Source: Candidatus Heimdallarchaeota archaeon (GTDB lineage: Archaea > Asgardarchaeota > Heimdallarchaeia > Hodarchaeales > Hodarchaeaceae). From it: a stretch of 46,670 bases of DNA. The notes below the pieces were generated by a model. It ran no database searches. It had not been told where the DNA came from and worked only from the letters and a program-made list of their open reading frames with translations. This document shows positions 37,580-46,280 of the stretch, one piece after another (the stretch's first letter is position 1; each line of letters starts with the position of its first letter). The stretch is taken from the NCBI GenBank assembly GCA_048881705.1, contig JBHLSH010000021.1, forward strand, positions 1 to 46,670, in the 5' to 3' direction. Made by a program: the position numbers and the translations under genes.

Positions 37580-39031
37580 ATGATACGTCTCCAAAAAGTC
37601 CTTAGTTCACGGTCTAGTTTTATTTGCCATTGTGGAAGGATTTTATACGGCAGCTTCGGGTGTGAAGAGCATGGTATGGAGATTCAAATTGATACGACAT
37701 TCATTAAAGCTCGTTTTGAGATTCAATCGAATTCGAGTAAAAATCAAGGTCCAACATTTGATGTGGAGTTGCCACGGAATCTATTTGTCTCCCTCTTCAC
37801 GAGGGAACCCCTTAATCGAAAGGTCTTTGCAGAGAGCAGTTTGGGAAAACTTGGTTACCGAATTACCTTAAATGATCCTATCGAGCCAAAACTAATTCTT
37901 GATGCCTTGAATGAATACCTGGAGATAATAGAAAGCGAAAATTTTCTTTCAAGCTACTTGCTTAAAACCTTCAGGATCAAAATGAAATCTGGGGTAAATA
38001 TTTATTACTTACTTAGCAAAGCTACAGTTTCCTCCTCGAAAAACCTCCTTCTCACCTTCGATATGATTTCCCTCCGAAGATTGAGCTCATACATCATGTG
38101 GCGTATCTTACACTGTGGTGGAACGCCGGAAAACGTCTCTTACTCCCTGAAAAACCATCGAAAAGAAGTCATCACTAAATTTGGCGAATCTACTGTAATC
38201 GATGCAATTAATTGGCCCGTAGAAAAAAAGATACCTTCGTTTATAGTGTGCAAGAGAGTGGAACGCTTTCTTCCTTCGGATTTATTCCATAATGCCAAAC
38301 ATTTTTTGATTAGTGAGCAGTTGACGAGAAAGGCATGGGATGGACTGGAAAGAATAAGTTTTCATTTCGTTGAAGGTTTGACCAGATTTTTCTTTCAAAG
38401 AAAGAGCTGGAATGGGGAATTTCGAAAACTAAAATGCGGCGACGAAACTTTCACGGAATATAAAGGGCGTCAAATACGAGTTCATGCTTCCTTTCTGCAG
38501 ATCGTGGGAAAAAATCAAAACAATTGGCTTTTAAAAAAGCTTAGTTCATTTTTTAGGTCTTCGACTGAGCGTACGACCTCTAATGGTACTCGAAACCTTC
38601 TCCTGATCAGCTGTTCTGCGACCAAAGAGGTTATGGGAAATCTCCTCCCTGCAATCCTAAGGTACTGTGGGAGGGTTCATTTAATGGTTAAGGCTATTCT
38701 TCAAGCAAAATCGTGGCCAAAAAACACAGATATGTTAATTATTAGCGCAAAATATGGGGTACTTTCTCCTTTGGATCCTATTCCGTATTACGAAAGAAGG
38801 TTACTTCCCGAGAACGTTTCTACTCTGAGCAATCTAGTCAAGAGACAGCAGCGAGAGATCTTTCTTCCTCCGTATGAAACCTGTTTCGTCTACCTCTCCC
38901 CTCTTTATTCAATGGCCGCCTCATCTATTATCGATGAGCTATCCACGCTTGGATGTAGAATAATCTTAGGTACGTCACTATCCCAGCTCATTGAGTGGGT
39001 AACACGAACTGATACCATAGAAAAGCTGTAA
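37580..39031 (+). CDS. Protein with N-terminal Zn-ribbon-like motif and C-terminal DUF6884-like domain
   Basis: CHCG-x9-CEEHG near the N-terminus. C-terminal LLLISCSATK...PAILRYCG...MLIISAKYGVL....I.YYERRL...FVYLSPLY. Confidence 0.75.
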   Translation: MIRLQKVLSSRSSFICHCGRILYGSFGCEEHGMEIQIDTTFIKARFEIQSNSSKNQGPTFDVELPRNLFVSLFTREPLNRKVFAESSLGKLGYRITLNDPIEPKLILDALNEYLEIIESENFLSSYLLKTFRIKMKSGVNIYYLLSKATVSSSKNLLLTFDMISLRRLSSYIMWRILHCGGTPENVSYSLKNHRKEVITKFGESTVIDAINWPVEKKIPSFIVCKRVERFLPSDLFHNAKHFLISEQLTRKAWDGLERISFHFVEGLTRFFFQRKSWNGEFRKLKCGDETFTEYKGRQIRVHASFLQIVGKNQNNWLLKKLSSFFRSSTERTTSNGTRNLLLISCSATKEVMGNLLPAILRYCGRVHLMVKAILQAKSWPKNTDMLIISAKYGVLSPLDPIPYYERRLLPENVSTLSNLVKRQQREIFLPPYETCFVYLSPLYSMAASSIIDELSTLGCRIILGTSLSQLIEWVTRTDTIEKL

Positions 39032-39096
39032 AAAAAGCAGTTAATAACATGCTTTCGTGAAATTCCTTCTCGTATGACAGGCTAGTTACTTCCTGA

Positions 39097-39723
39097 ATGT
39101 TAGTAGAAGTTGTGATATTGATGACCAGTCTTTTTTTACATTTTTTGAGTGCAATTATTGTTTTAAGCTTGATTAGTGCGTTATATAGCCTAGAAATCCC
39201 TCTGAGTGACCGTACCCTGCTTGCCAGCTGTACCATACTTCCAGATGCCATCGATAAAACATTAACTGGCACTAGGTATCCTTTTCATTCGTTGCTAATA
39301 AGTAGTGTCGTTCTAATATTACTTAACAGCGTCGTACTCTATTTAATTAGATCGAATCCAAAGCTACCAGTGGAGATGAAAGCAAAGATTACTCTTTATA
39401 TGTTAATGGGCTCCATCGCCTTTCTCATCCATCCGATCATGGATTTGGAGAGTGGGGTACCCCTATTATATCCTTTAGACTTACGCGGTTTTGCACTAGC
39501 GTTTAATATGGAAATAATACAGCGATTTCCCCCACAACTTTCGAAATTTCAATTAGAATTTATCACAAGCCCGTTTAATTTTTCTCAAACATACGACCGC
39601 CAGGCCAGCGCCTTGAGTACGCTGGATGCCTTGTTTATATTTCTAATCCTAACTGTAATCTTATCTAAGGTCTTTGTTGGCTTATTTGAGAAACTCCGCC
39701 CGATTTTTAAGGAAACTGTGTAA
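39097..39723 (+). CDS. YdjM-like membrane-bound metal-dependent hydrolase
   Basis: HFLS, TILPDAIDK, RYPFHSLL, FLIHPIMD and PLLYPL; multi-TM. Confidence 0.8.
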   Translation: MLVEVVILMTSLFLHFLSAIIVLSLISALYSLEIPLSDRTLLASCTILPDAIDKTLTGTRYPFHSLLISSVVLILLNSVVLYLIRSNPKLPVEMKAKITLYMLMGSIAFLIHPIMDLESGVPLLYPLDLRGFALAFNMEIIQRFPPQLSKFQLEFITSPFNFSQTYDRQASALSTLDALFIFLILTVILSKVFVGLFEKLRPIFKETV

Positions 39724-39740
39724 TCGTCCACAAGGCAAAA

Positions 39741-41243
39741 ATGGATAGACCTCTGGCTCTTATCAGCGTGTATGACAAGACAAATATAATTGAATTCTGT
39801 ACAGCCCTTTCAACCCGCTTTAAATTTGTAGCAACTGGAAATACGACCAAACACTTGCGTGAGGGAGAGGTAGAAGTTCAAGAAGTCAGTTCTCTAACGA
39901 ATTTTCCAGAGATTTTGGATGGCCAGGTCAAAACACTCCATCCAACTCTGATAGGGGGGATTCTTGGAAGAACATCTCAAAACAATGAATTATCGAAGTT
40001 TAATATTATCCCTATTGGGATGGTGGTAGTCAATCTTTATCCTTTCTCTCATGTTACTTCTCGTTCCCATGAAGTTGGAGAAGCTTTGGATAATATTGAC
40101 ATTGGTGGAGTTACACTGCTCCGTGCTGGTGCCAAAAACTACCAGGAAGTCATCCCAGTATGTTCGGTCGATGATTATCCATGGATAAGCAAGGCGATTA
40201 TCAACGGATCAATGGATCTTGAACTACGAAAATCACTCGCCAGAAAAGCCTTCGGATATACTGCAGGGTACGATGTCACGATTTCCAACTACTTTAACAG
40301 GATGGCTGACGATCCCTATCCTGATCCATTGATCATGAGCTTTGAAAATCCTCAAGAGCTGCGATATGGAGAAAATTGGCATCAAAACGCCCGATATTAC
40401 CTATTACCTGGAGAAAAACCGTTTTTCGTACAGTTACACGGGCGCAAGGTCTCTTTGAACAACTTAGTTGACTTTTATGCTGTTATGGGGTTATTCTCGG
40501 AACATTCCGACCCTTCATGTGCGATCATAAAGCATACAAGTCCATGTGGGTTCGCTAGCGCTCCTAACATTGAAACTGCATTTGATGATGCGTTTGCCAC
40601 AGACAATCTTTCAGCTTTTGGCTCCGCTATGGGTTTTAATCGTCCGATTACCGTAACCCTGGCGGAAAAGCTTAATAGAATGTTTGTTGACGCTATTATT
40701 GCCCCAGATTTTGATTCAAAGGCATTTGGGATACTGGCACAAAAAGAAAGAATAGTTCTGTGTAAATTTAATGACTACAAGATACCATCTACTTCAATCC
40801 GCTTTATCCCGAACGGAGTTCTAGTGCAACCGACAGATACACGAATCCTAACGGCTGAGGATCTTAAGGTAGTGTCCCGTGTTCAACCCACAACCCAGGA
40901 ATTCCAGGATTTAAATTTTGCTTGGAAAGTAGGAAAGTATGTCAAGTCAAATTCTGCTGTTATAAGCATAGGTACAAAAACGGTCGGAGTAGGGATGGGA
41001 CAAACCTCGAGAATTGGAGCTGTGGACTTGGCAATTAGAAGGGCTGGAACAAGAGCCAAAGGATCGGTCTTGGCATCGGATGCATTTTTTCCGTTTCGTG
41101 ATTGCGTAGACGCTGCTGCTGAGGCGGGAATAACTGCGATCATCGCACCTGGGGGTTCAATTCGCGATACTGAATCGATTGCAGCCGCAGATGAGCATGA
41201 AATCGCGTTGGTATGGTCTGGAGTACGTGCTTTTCTCCATTGA
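39741..41243 (+). CDS. purH: Bifunctional AICAR transformylase/IMP cyclohydrolase
   Basis: ALISVYDKT, VKTLHP, NIDIGGVTLLRAGAKN, LRYGEN.HQ, KH.SPCG, SAFG, KSN, GMGQTSR, SDAFFPF, APGGSIRD. Confidence 0.97.
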   Translation: MDRPLALISVYDKTNIIEFCTALSTRFKFVATGNTTKHLREGEVEVQEVSSLTNFPEILDGQVKTLHPTLIGGILGRTSQNNELSKFNIIPIGMVVVNLYPFSHVTSRSHEVGEALDNIDIGGVTLLRAGAKNYQEVIPVCSVDDYPWISKAIINGSMDLELRKSLARKAFGYTAGYDVTISNYFNRMADDPYPDPLIMSFENPQELRYGENWHQNARYYLLPGEKPFFVQLHGRKVSLNNLVDFYAVMGLFSEHSDPSCAIIKHTSPCGFASAPNIETAFDDAFATDNLSAFGSAMGFNRPITVTLAEKLNRMFVDAIIAPDFDSKAFGILAQKERIVLCKFNDYKIPSTSIRFIPNGVLVQPTDTRILTAEDLKVVSRVQPTTQEFQDLNFAWKVGKYVKSNSAVISIGTKTVGVGMGQTSRIGAVDLAIRRAGTRAKGSVLASDAFFPFRDCVDAAAEAGITAIIAPGGSIRDTESIAAADEHEIALVWSGVRAFLH

Positions 41244-41268
41244 TGGAAGAAGCGAGGAAATTACCTCT

Positions 41269-42438
41269 TTATTGCATGATTGCTTGAACCACGGGCGGAT
41301 CATCATCAGAGATTCGAATTAAACCCTTGTCTACAAGTTCCAGGAGCATCCCATGCAATTTAACGGGGTGAGCACCAACAGATTTTGCCATTGTACCTAA
41401 ATCGAGAGATCCTCCAAGGTTTAGGAGAATTAATACAGATGCATATAGGGGATGGCTGGAGAGAAGCCGCTGGGTATAGTCAACCAGGAGGTTTTGCTCG
41501 TGCTGCATTGCTGATACTTCCTCCAAATGCTTTTTGAGATCTTGACGTTCCTCTTCTAATTGATCCATCATTGTTTTGTAATGTTTCTCACGCAAATGAA
41601 TCTCCTTGTCATACCAAGATTTGGTTTCGTTCCGTATTTGAAGAGCCTGTTTTCGGAGTTCCTCTTCTTTTTCACTGCGGACTTGTACAAGCTTCTCTTG
41701 GAACTCTTCCTCAACTCCAAGACGGATTTGACCCACCCGCTGTTGTAGTTCTTCTTCCACCATCTTTTGATAATAGTTCTCTTGGATCTTATAGGTCTCT
41801 GCTACGGATTGTAGAGCCTCTTCAACATCTTTTTCACGGATCAATTCTCTTTTCTTTAGAGTTTCGATGAGAGCGGACTTAACGTTAACTTCGTGTACTA
41901 ATCCATCTAAACGTTGTTGGTAGAGCGTTTCCTGATCCTGTAGATGTTCTAGCCGATTCTTAAGTCGGTTTAATTCATCTTGAAGCCGATTCAGTTCGGT
42001 TTGATTCATATCGAAAATCTCTTGAGTTTGATCCCTCTGAATCGTAAGGTTTTCAATGATCTTTTCCTGACTTTTAAGACGTTCCCTTAATGCCTGAAGA
42101 TTTGGATCAGGCCTAGGAACTTTTAACGTTTCCTTGGGACGTTTTTCGTTCGGCGTTGGGACTATCAGTTGTTTTCCTTGTATGAAATCACGGATTCGAC
42201 CCAGGGATTTAAGTGTAAGACGAGTGAGCTCAGTATCTACGATTTTGCCCGTGGATTCCCTCACCTGCTTTACGAAATTATTGAGATCTTGATAGGAGAA
42301 TTGTTGCGGCGATTGATCTACGAAACGAGATTTTGTCGCAGATAAGGCAGCTCCAATTTCCTCGTGGGCCCTCTTACGATCCTGAGTCATCTCATTGATG
42401 AATTCTAATCCAAATTCCTTCAGTGTTTGTTGAGACAT
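41269..42438 (-). CDS. Long coiled-coil protein with C-terminal winged helix
   Basis: About 200-aa Glu/Gln/Leu heptad region, then PLYASVLILLNLGGSLDLGTMAKSVGAHPVKLHGMLLELVDKGLIRI. Confidence 0.72.
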   Translation of the reverse strand: MSQQTLKEFGLEFINEMTQDRKRAHEEIGAALSATKSRFVDQSPQQFSYQDLNNFVKQVRESTGKIVDTELTRLTLKSLGRIRDFIQGKQLIVPTPNEKRPKETLKVPRPDPNLQALRERLKSQEKIIENLTIQRDQTQEIFDMNQTELNRLQDELNRLKNRLEHLQDQETLYQQRLDGLVHEVNVKSALIETLKKRELIREKDVEEALQSVAETYKIQENYYQKMVEEELQQRVGQIRLGVEEEFQEKLVQVRSEKEEELRKQALQIRNETKSWYDKEIHLREKHYKTMMDQLEEERQDLKKHLEEVSAMQHEQNLLVDYTQRLLSSHPLYASVLILLNLGGSLDLGTMAKSVGAHPVKLHGMLLELVDKGLIRISDDDPPVVQAIMQ

Positions 42439-42541
42439 CTCCCAGACCTCTTATATCTTGGATTTAGCATAGTAAGTACGATCCAATGTTGATTTAAGAC
42501 ACAATTACTGGGAAATGGAATTCGGATATTAATTTCCTGAT

Positions 42542-43102
42542 TTAACCAACTACTTGGTTCTTACTTCCAACCATCAACTTTTCCTTTGCTATTCTTTCAA
42601 ACGCTTTCAAAATTGAATTAGCTTCTAAAATTTCATAAAAAAAGACTCCTGACTCATTTCCTTCTGGTTCAGGGAATGTTAATTTCTCCGATCGTTTGGA
42701 TTCAGGAATTACGTCAATAAAAACTGTTGTAGTACTATCATCGGGGTTCATTTTTTGGAATTGAAGATAAAGACCACGTGCCTTTTCAATATCATCAGGG
42801 TTGAATCTTTGAAATAAAATAACTAAACCTTGACTGTTTTGAAACAACCAAGGACGATTCCGTTCCATAAATTCCTTCGTATTGACACGAATGATAACGA
42901 ATTTTATTAAAGTCTCCCAGATATGAGTTTTGAGGGTAATGATTGAGACACCCAAAGCCGGGTAGTCTTCATAATCCCCTCCTTGTCCGCTATGAAGATC
43001 TTTCAGATAATCTTTTCCCAAATCATCAGGGATGGAAAGGGTACAAATCCTGATTTGTTGTTCTTTCATCTTAATATATGGAGTTTCCGTCACGCGATCC
43101 AT
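42542..43102 (-). CDS. Degenerate Ras-superfamily (Rab-like) small GTPase fold protein
   Basis: Colinear with Rab: IRICTL..DDLGKD / PALGVSIITLKTHIWETLIKFVII / RPWLFQNSQGLVILF / TVFID / FFYEI...ILKAFERIA. ATG43069 is an alternative start. Confidence 0.72.
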   Translation of the reverse strand: MDRVTETPYIKMKEQQIRICTLSIPDDLGKDYLKDLHSGQGGDYEDYPALGVSIITLKTHIWETLIKFVIIRVNTKEFMERNRPWLFQNSQGLVILFQRFNPDDIEKARGLYLQFQKMNPDDSTTTVFIDVIPESKRSEKLTFPEPEGNESGVFFYEILEANSILKAFERIAKEKLMVGSKNQVVG

Positions 43103-43174
43103 CCGCTTCCAATTTATACCAGATCAAAATCGGACACGGTTTCTTTTAAACTCTCCCCTTTCTTATGTGGATAT

Positions 43175-45001
43175 TCAGCCCAGGAGGTCGGTTACCCGAT
43201 CGATCTCTGGTTGGGTCAGATCCCCTTGTTGGGTACACCGGCGCCGTTTATATAAATATTGAAGCCCGTTGTTGAAATCATCGAGAGATTCAAATGCCCT
43301 TGATCCCGCCGCTCGGCCGGTTGGGAGTGGTTCCTCAAGTAATCGATATGGCAGGCGATCATACTTACCCACAGGTGGTCCAAATTCACGCATGTTAAAA
43401 AATCGGGATACTGCCCATGTATTTTGCGCGATATCTCGTACATCTGTTTCACAGCCAGTTACAGCAGTAAATAAAGCTTGGCCATCGGCTAAAGTTAATC
43501 CTGGAACGATAGAGTGCGTAAAATGGCAAATAACTAGGTTATCCTTTACGATTTTTAGGTCTTGTTCCTCGTGTAACGTCTGGACAATCTCCGGAGTGAT
43601 CGGACCGGCTTGCTTTGGGGGTTTCGTTGTCCTTGGCCAGCCTTGGAGATGTGAAGCTCCCATGGGCGCTGTAGCGTATGATAATCCCAATCCATATCGA
43701 CCGCGTGGATCCCACGCGGCCATTTCAAGGCCTTTCACGTGAACGGCAAACTGCTCTGTTGGAGATCCAAATGCACTGGCTGCGGATTGGACACCATCTG
43801 CTAGGATATCACCAACCCCGCTTCTTTTAACGATTTTCTTTATTAATTCAATGGCTCCTCGAGCATCTCCATAGAATAGACTCTCGTTTGTGTATTGATC
43901 GGGGACAAAACCTCGCTCAGAACATTCCATGAACCATCCGAGAACGTTTCCTAAACTAATCGTGTCTAAACCGTATGCATTGGCCCAATAGTTAATTTCG
44001 ATAGTTGTATCAATATCTAAATTGCAGTTGGCGCCTATCATCCCTAGGGTCTCGTATTCGGGGACCCCAATAATATGATCAGCTTCTCCAAATGGGAACT
44101 CGTATTGATAGATATGTGCACAGGAGAGGGGGCACCTAAAGCATGGTTTTTTCTTTGTAGGATACTTTGTGGCAGCCTCATGGTCAATTCCAGAAGTGTC
44201 CTCTAGCATTCCCTCAGTAAAGTTCTTGATAGGAAGTTGATCTCGCTTTGAGGCTACTTGAACTAGATTGGTGGTTCCAACCCTGTAAATTGGCAATTTC
44301 GCCTCTCTTCCGGCCTTTACGCGAGCTCTTAAATCGGTAGCTAGTTCTTTTACCTTTTCAGGGTCTGCGACGGGGATCTCTTTTCTTGGTCCATTAATCC
44401 CAATTGCAAGGAGACCCTTACTTCCGAAAATAGCTCCTACTCCTCCCCGTCCGAGATTTCGAAAGCCTTCTGCCGTAACGCAGGCGTATTTGACTTTCTT
44501 TTCCCCTGCCTTACCTATGGCCATTACTTTTGTTTTCTCTCCCGCTATCCTCTGAATTTTCCTTTCCTTTTCCAAAGCGGATAATCCAACCAGTTTCTTT
44601 CCATCTTTAAATTCAACATTATCTTCGCCGATCGTGATATAGCACGGATCCTCAGAGGATCCATCCAGAATTACTGCATCGTACCCCGAAAACTTTAACT
44701 CAGGCCCTATAGATCCACCTGCGTGAGTGGCAAGGAAAAAATGGGTAAGAGGGGATTTAGTTATAACCGCATATCGGCCTGTGATTGGTACCCTTGTTCC
44801 TTGTAGCGGCCCCGTCACGAGCATCACTTTATTCTCTGGGCCAAGAGGAGAAAACCCCGGCTTCGTTTCTCGTATGAGCAAATAGGCTCCCAGGCCGTTA
44901 CCGCCCATGAAGTTTTGGATCACCACCTTGGGTAGTGGTTCAACGCGGGTTTCCATGGTTGAGAGATTGATCCTTAATATGGAACCAATAAAACCGTACA
45001 T
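43175..45001 (-). CDS. aor: Aldehyde:ferredoxin oxidoreductase family (W-pterin) enzyme
   Basis: YGFIGSILRINLS, FMGGNGLG, KSPLT, GPELKFSGYD, GRGGVGAIFGSK, CFRCPLSC, PEYET, GLDTISLG, WDPRG, ICHF. The track's GTG45013 lies inside the SD AAGGTGA, so ATG45001 is preferred. Confidence 0.95.
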   Translation of the reverse strand: MYGFIGSILRINLSTMETRVEPLPKVVIQNFMGGNGLGAYLLIRETKPGFSPLGPENKVMLVTGPLQGTRVPITGRYAVITKSPLTHFFLATHAGGSIGPELKFSGYDAVILDGSSEDPCYITIGEDNVEFKDGKKLVGLSALEKERKIQRIAGEKTKVMAIGKAGEKKVKYACVTAEGFRNLGRGGVGAIFGSKGLLAIGINGPRKEIPVADPEKVKELATDLRARVKAGREAKLPIYRVGTTNLVQVASKRDQLPIKNFTEGMLEDTSGIDHEAATKYPTKKKPCFRCPLSCAHIYQYEFPFGEADHIIGVPEYETLGMIGANCNLDIDTTIEINYWANAYGLDTISLGNVLGWFMECSERGFVPDQYTNESLFYGDARGAIELIKKIVKRSGVGDILADGVQSAASAFGSPTEQFAVHVKGLEMAAWDPRGRYGLGLSYATAPMGASHLQGWPRTTKPPKQAGPITPEIVQTLHEEQDLKIVKDNLVICHFTHSIVPGLTLADGQALFTAVTGCETDVRDIAQNTWAVSRFFNMREFGPPVGKYDRLPYRLLEEPLPTGRAAGSRAFESLDDFNNGLQYLYKRRRCTQQGDLTQPEIDRVTDLLG

Positions 45002-45254
45002 TATGAATTTCACCTTAGATTCTGCAGTATATTAGACCATAAGATTCGGCAAGGTTATCCTTACACCCGAATTATTCCTGTCGGGATATTCATCGGTTAG
45101 AATGAGATCTACCAGCTGGATTCTGTAACTAGTAATTACGTATTTTTCTGTTCCCCATGTTTATTAATCTCTTTGAATCTCCCACTAACCATATTGAATC
45201 CATGTTTGTGGTATATTGAAGGTAAACCATGAGCAATTTAGGAGTAGATAAAGG

Positions 45255-46193
45255 ATGAGACCTAGGGAAAAACTACTAGCTATTTTTTTAATTCTTATAG
45301 TCGGAGTAGGATTTCTTCTATGGAGTATTCCATTATTATTACCACAAGAGGGAAGTAACAGAATTACATTGGCCACAACAACGTCAACGGATAATTCAGG
45401 CCTTCTTGAATTCCTTCATCCCATAATGACCAATGATACGGGAGGTTTAGAAGTAGATGTCGTAGCGGTCGGAACGGGGGCCGCAATCGAACAAGCTAGG
45501 AGAGGACTTGCTGATGTTGTGATTGTCCACAATCGTGAATTGGAGGATCAGTTTGTAAAGGACGGATTTGGTTTCCATAGAGTGGATTTGATGTACAATG
45601 ATTTCATTTTGGTCGGCCCCGAGTCAGATCCTGCAGGAGTAAAGGGAATCACGAACTCTAGTGAAATTTTCCGTCGAATTTATGGTGAACGTGCAAATTC
45701 ATCCTTCATGAGTAGGGGAGATGGTTCAGGAACTCATCTTAAGGAACTTGAACTTTGGGAGGCCGCGGGGGTTTCCATAGGGTCTGAAAATTCCTCATGG
45801 GTTGGCGAAAATCCTTGGTATTTGGAATCTGGATCAGGAATGGGAGAAACATTGACCTTAGCTTCCGTTTCTCAGTCCTATACTCTGACTGACCGTGGCA
45901 CGTGGCTTTTCGTGATGGAAAGGTTATCAAGTCTGGTTCTCCTAGCATCAGGCCCGCTAGAATGGCATAATCCATATGGGGCCATGTTGGTGAATCCAAC
46001 CAAATTTCCATCAGGCACAATAAAGCTTGATGCCGCGAAAAAGTACATTCAGTGGCTTATATCGGATAAAGGACAGAACTTGATTGATACCTATTTAATT
46101 GGCGGCGAGCAAGCTTTCTTTGCAGACTTTGCAAACCATCTAAGTGAAATGTCTGGTTCGGAAAAGGAATTTTGGGGAATTAACGGGAATTAG
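45255..46193 (+). CDS. tupA: Tungstate ABC transporter substrate-binding protein
   Basis: TupA signature RITLATTTSTDNSGLL, AVGTGAA, DVVIVH, MYNDFILVGPESDPAG, SRGDGSGTH.KEL.LW, YTLTDRGT and NPYGAMLVNP; N-terminal anchor. Confidence 0.95.
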   Translation: MRPREKLLAIFLILIVGVGFLLWSIPLLLPQEGSNRITLATTTSTDNSGLLEFLHPIMTNDTGGLEVDVVAVGTGAAIEQARRGLADVVIVHNRELEDQFVKDGFGFHRVDLMYNDFILVGPESDPAGVKGITNSSEIFRRIYGERANSSFMSRGDGSGTHLKELELWEAAGVSIGSENSSWVGENPWYLESGSGMGETLTLASVSQSYTLTDRGTWLFVMERLSSLVLLASGPLEWHNPYGAMLVNPTKFPSGTIKLDAAKKYIQWLISDKGQNLIDTYLIGGEQAFFADFANHLSEMSGSEKEFWGINGN

Positions 46194-46203
46194 GTTTTCT
46201 CGG

Positions 46204-46239
46204 CCTGGTGAATGGAAAAGCGCCTTGGGCGTCATCAGG
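46204..46239. terminator. Bulged stem-loop between convergent tupA and tatC
   Basis: Outer stem cctggtga/tcatcagg and inner stem cgcc-ttg-ggcg, with a one-sided purine-rich bulge. Confidence 0.3.
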
Positions 46240-46280
46240 TTTCCTATTATGGTTCGTGGACGTTTTTACGTCGTGATTTC

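Noticed and set aside
34940-39096. TGT-like locus considered as a bounded mobile element
   Set aside because: No integrase, transposase, tRNA target or flanking direct repeats could be found by eye. Island status needs comparative genomics.
46204-46239. Stem-loop considered as a SECIS element
   Set aside because: There are no in-frame TGA codons at Cys-like positions in the flanking genes, and the structure lacks a convincing SECIS core.
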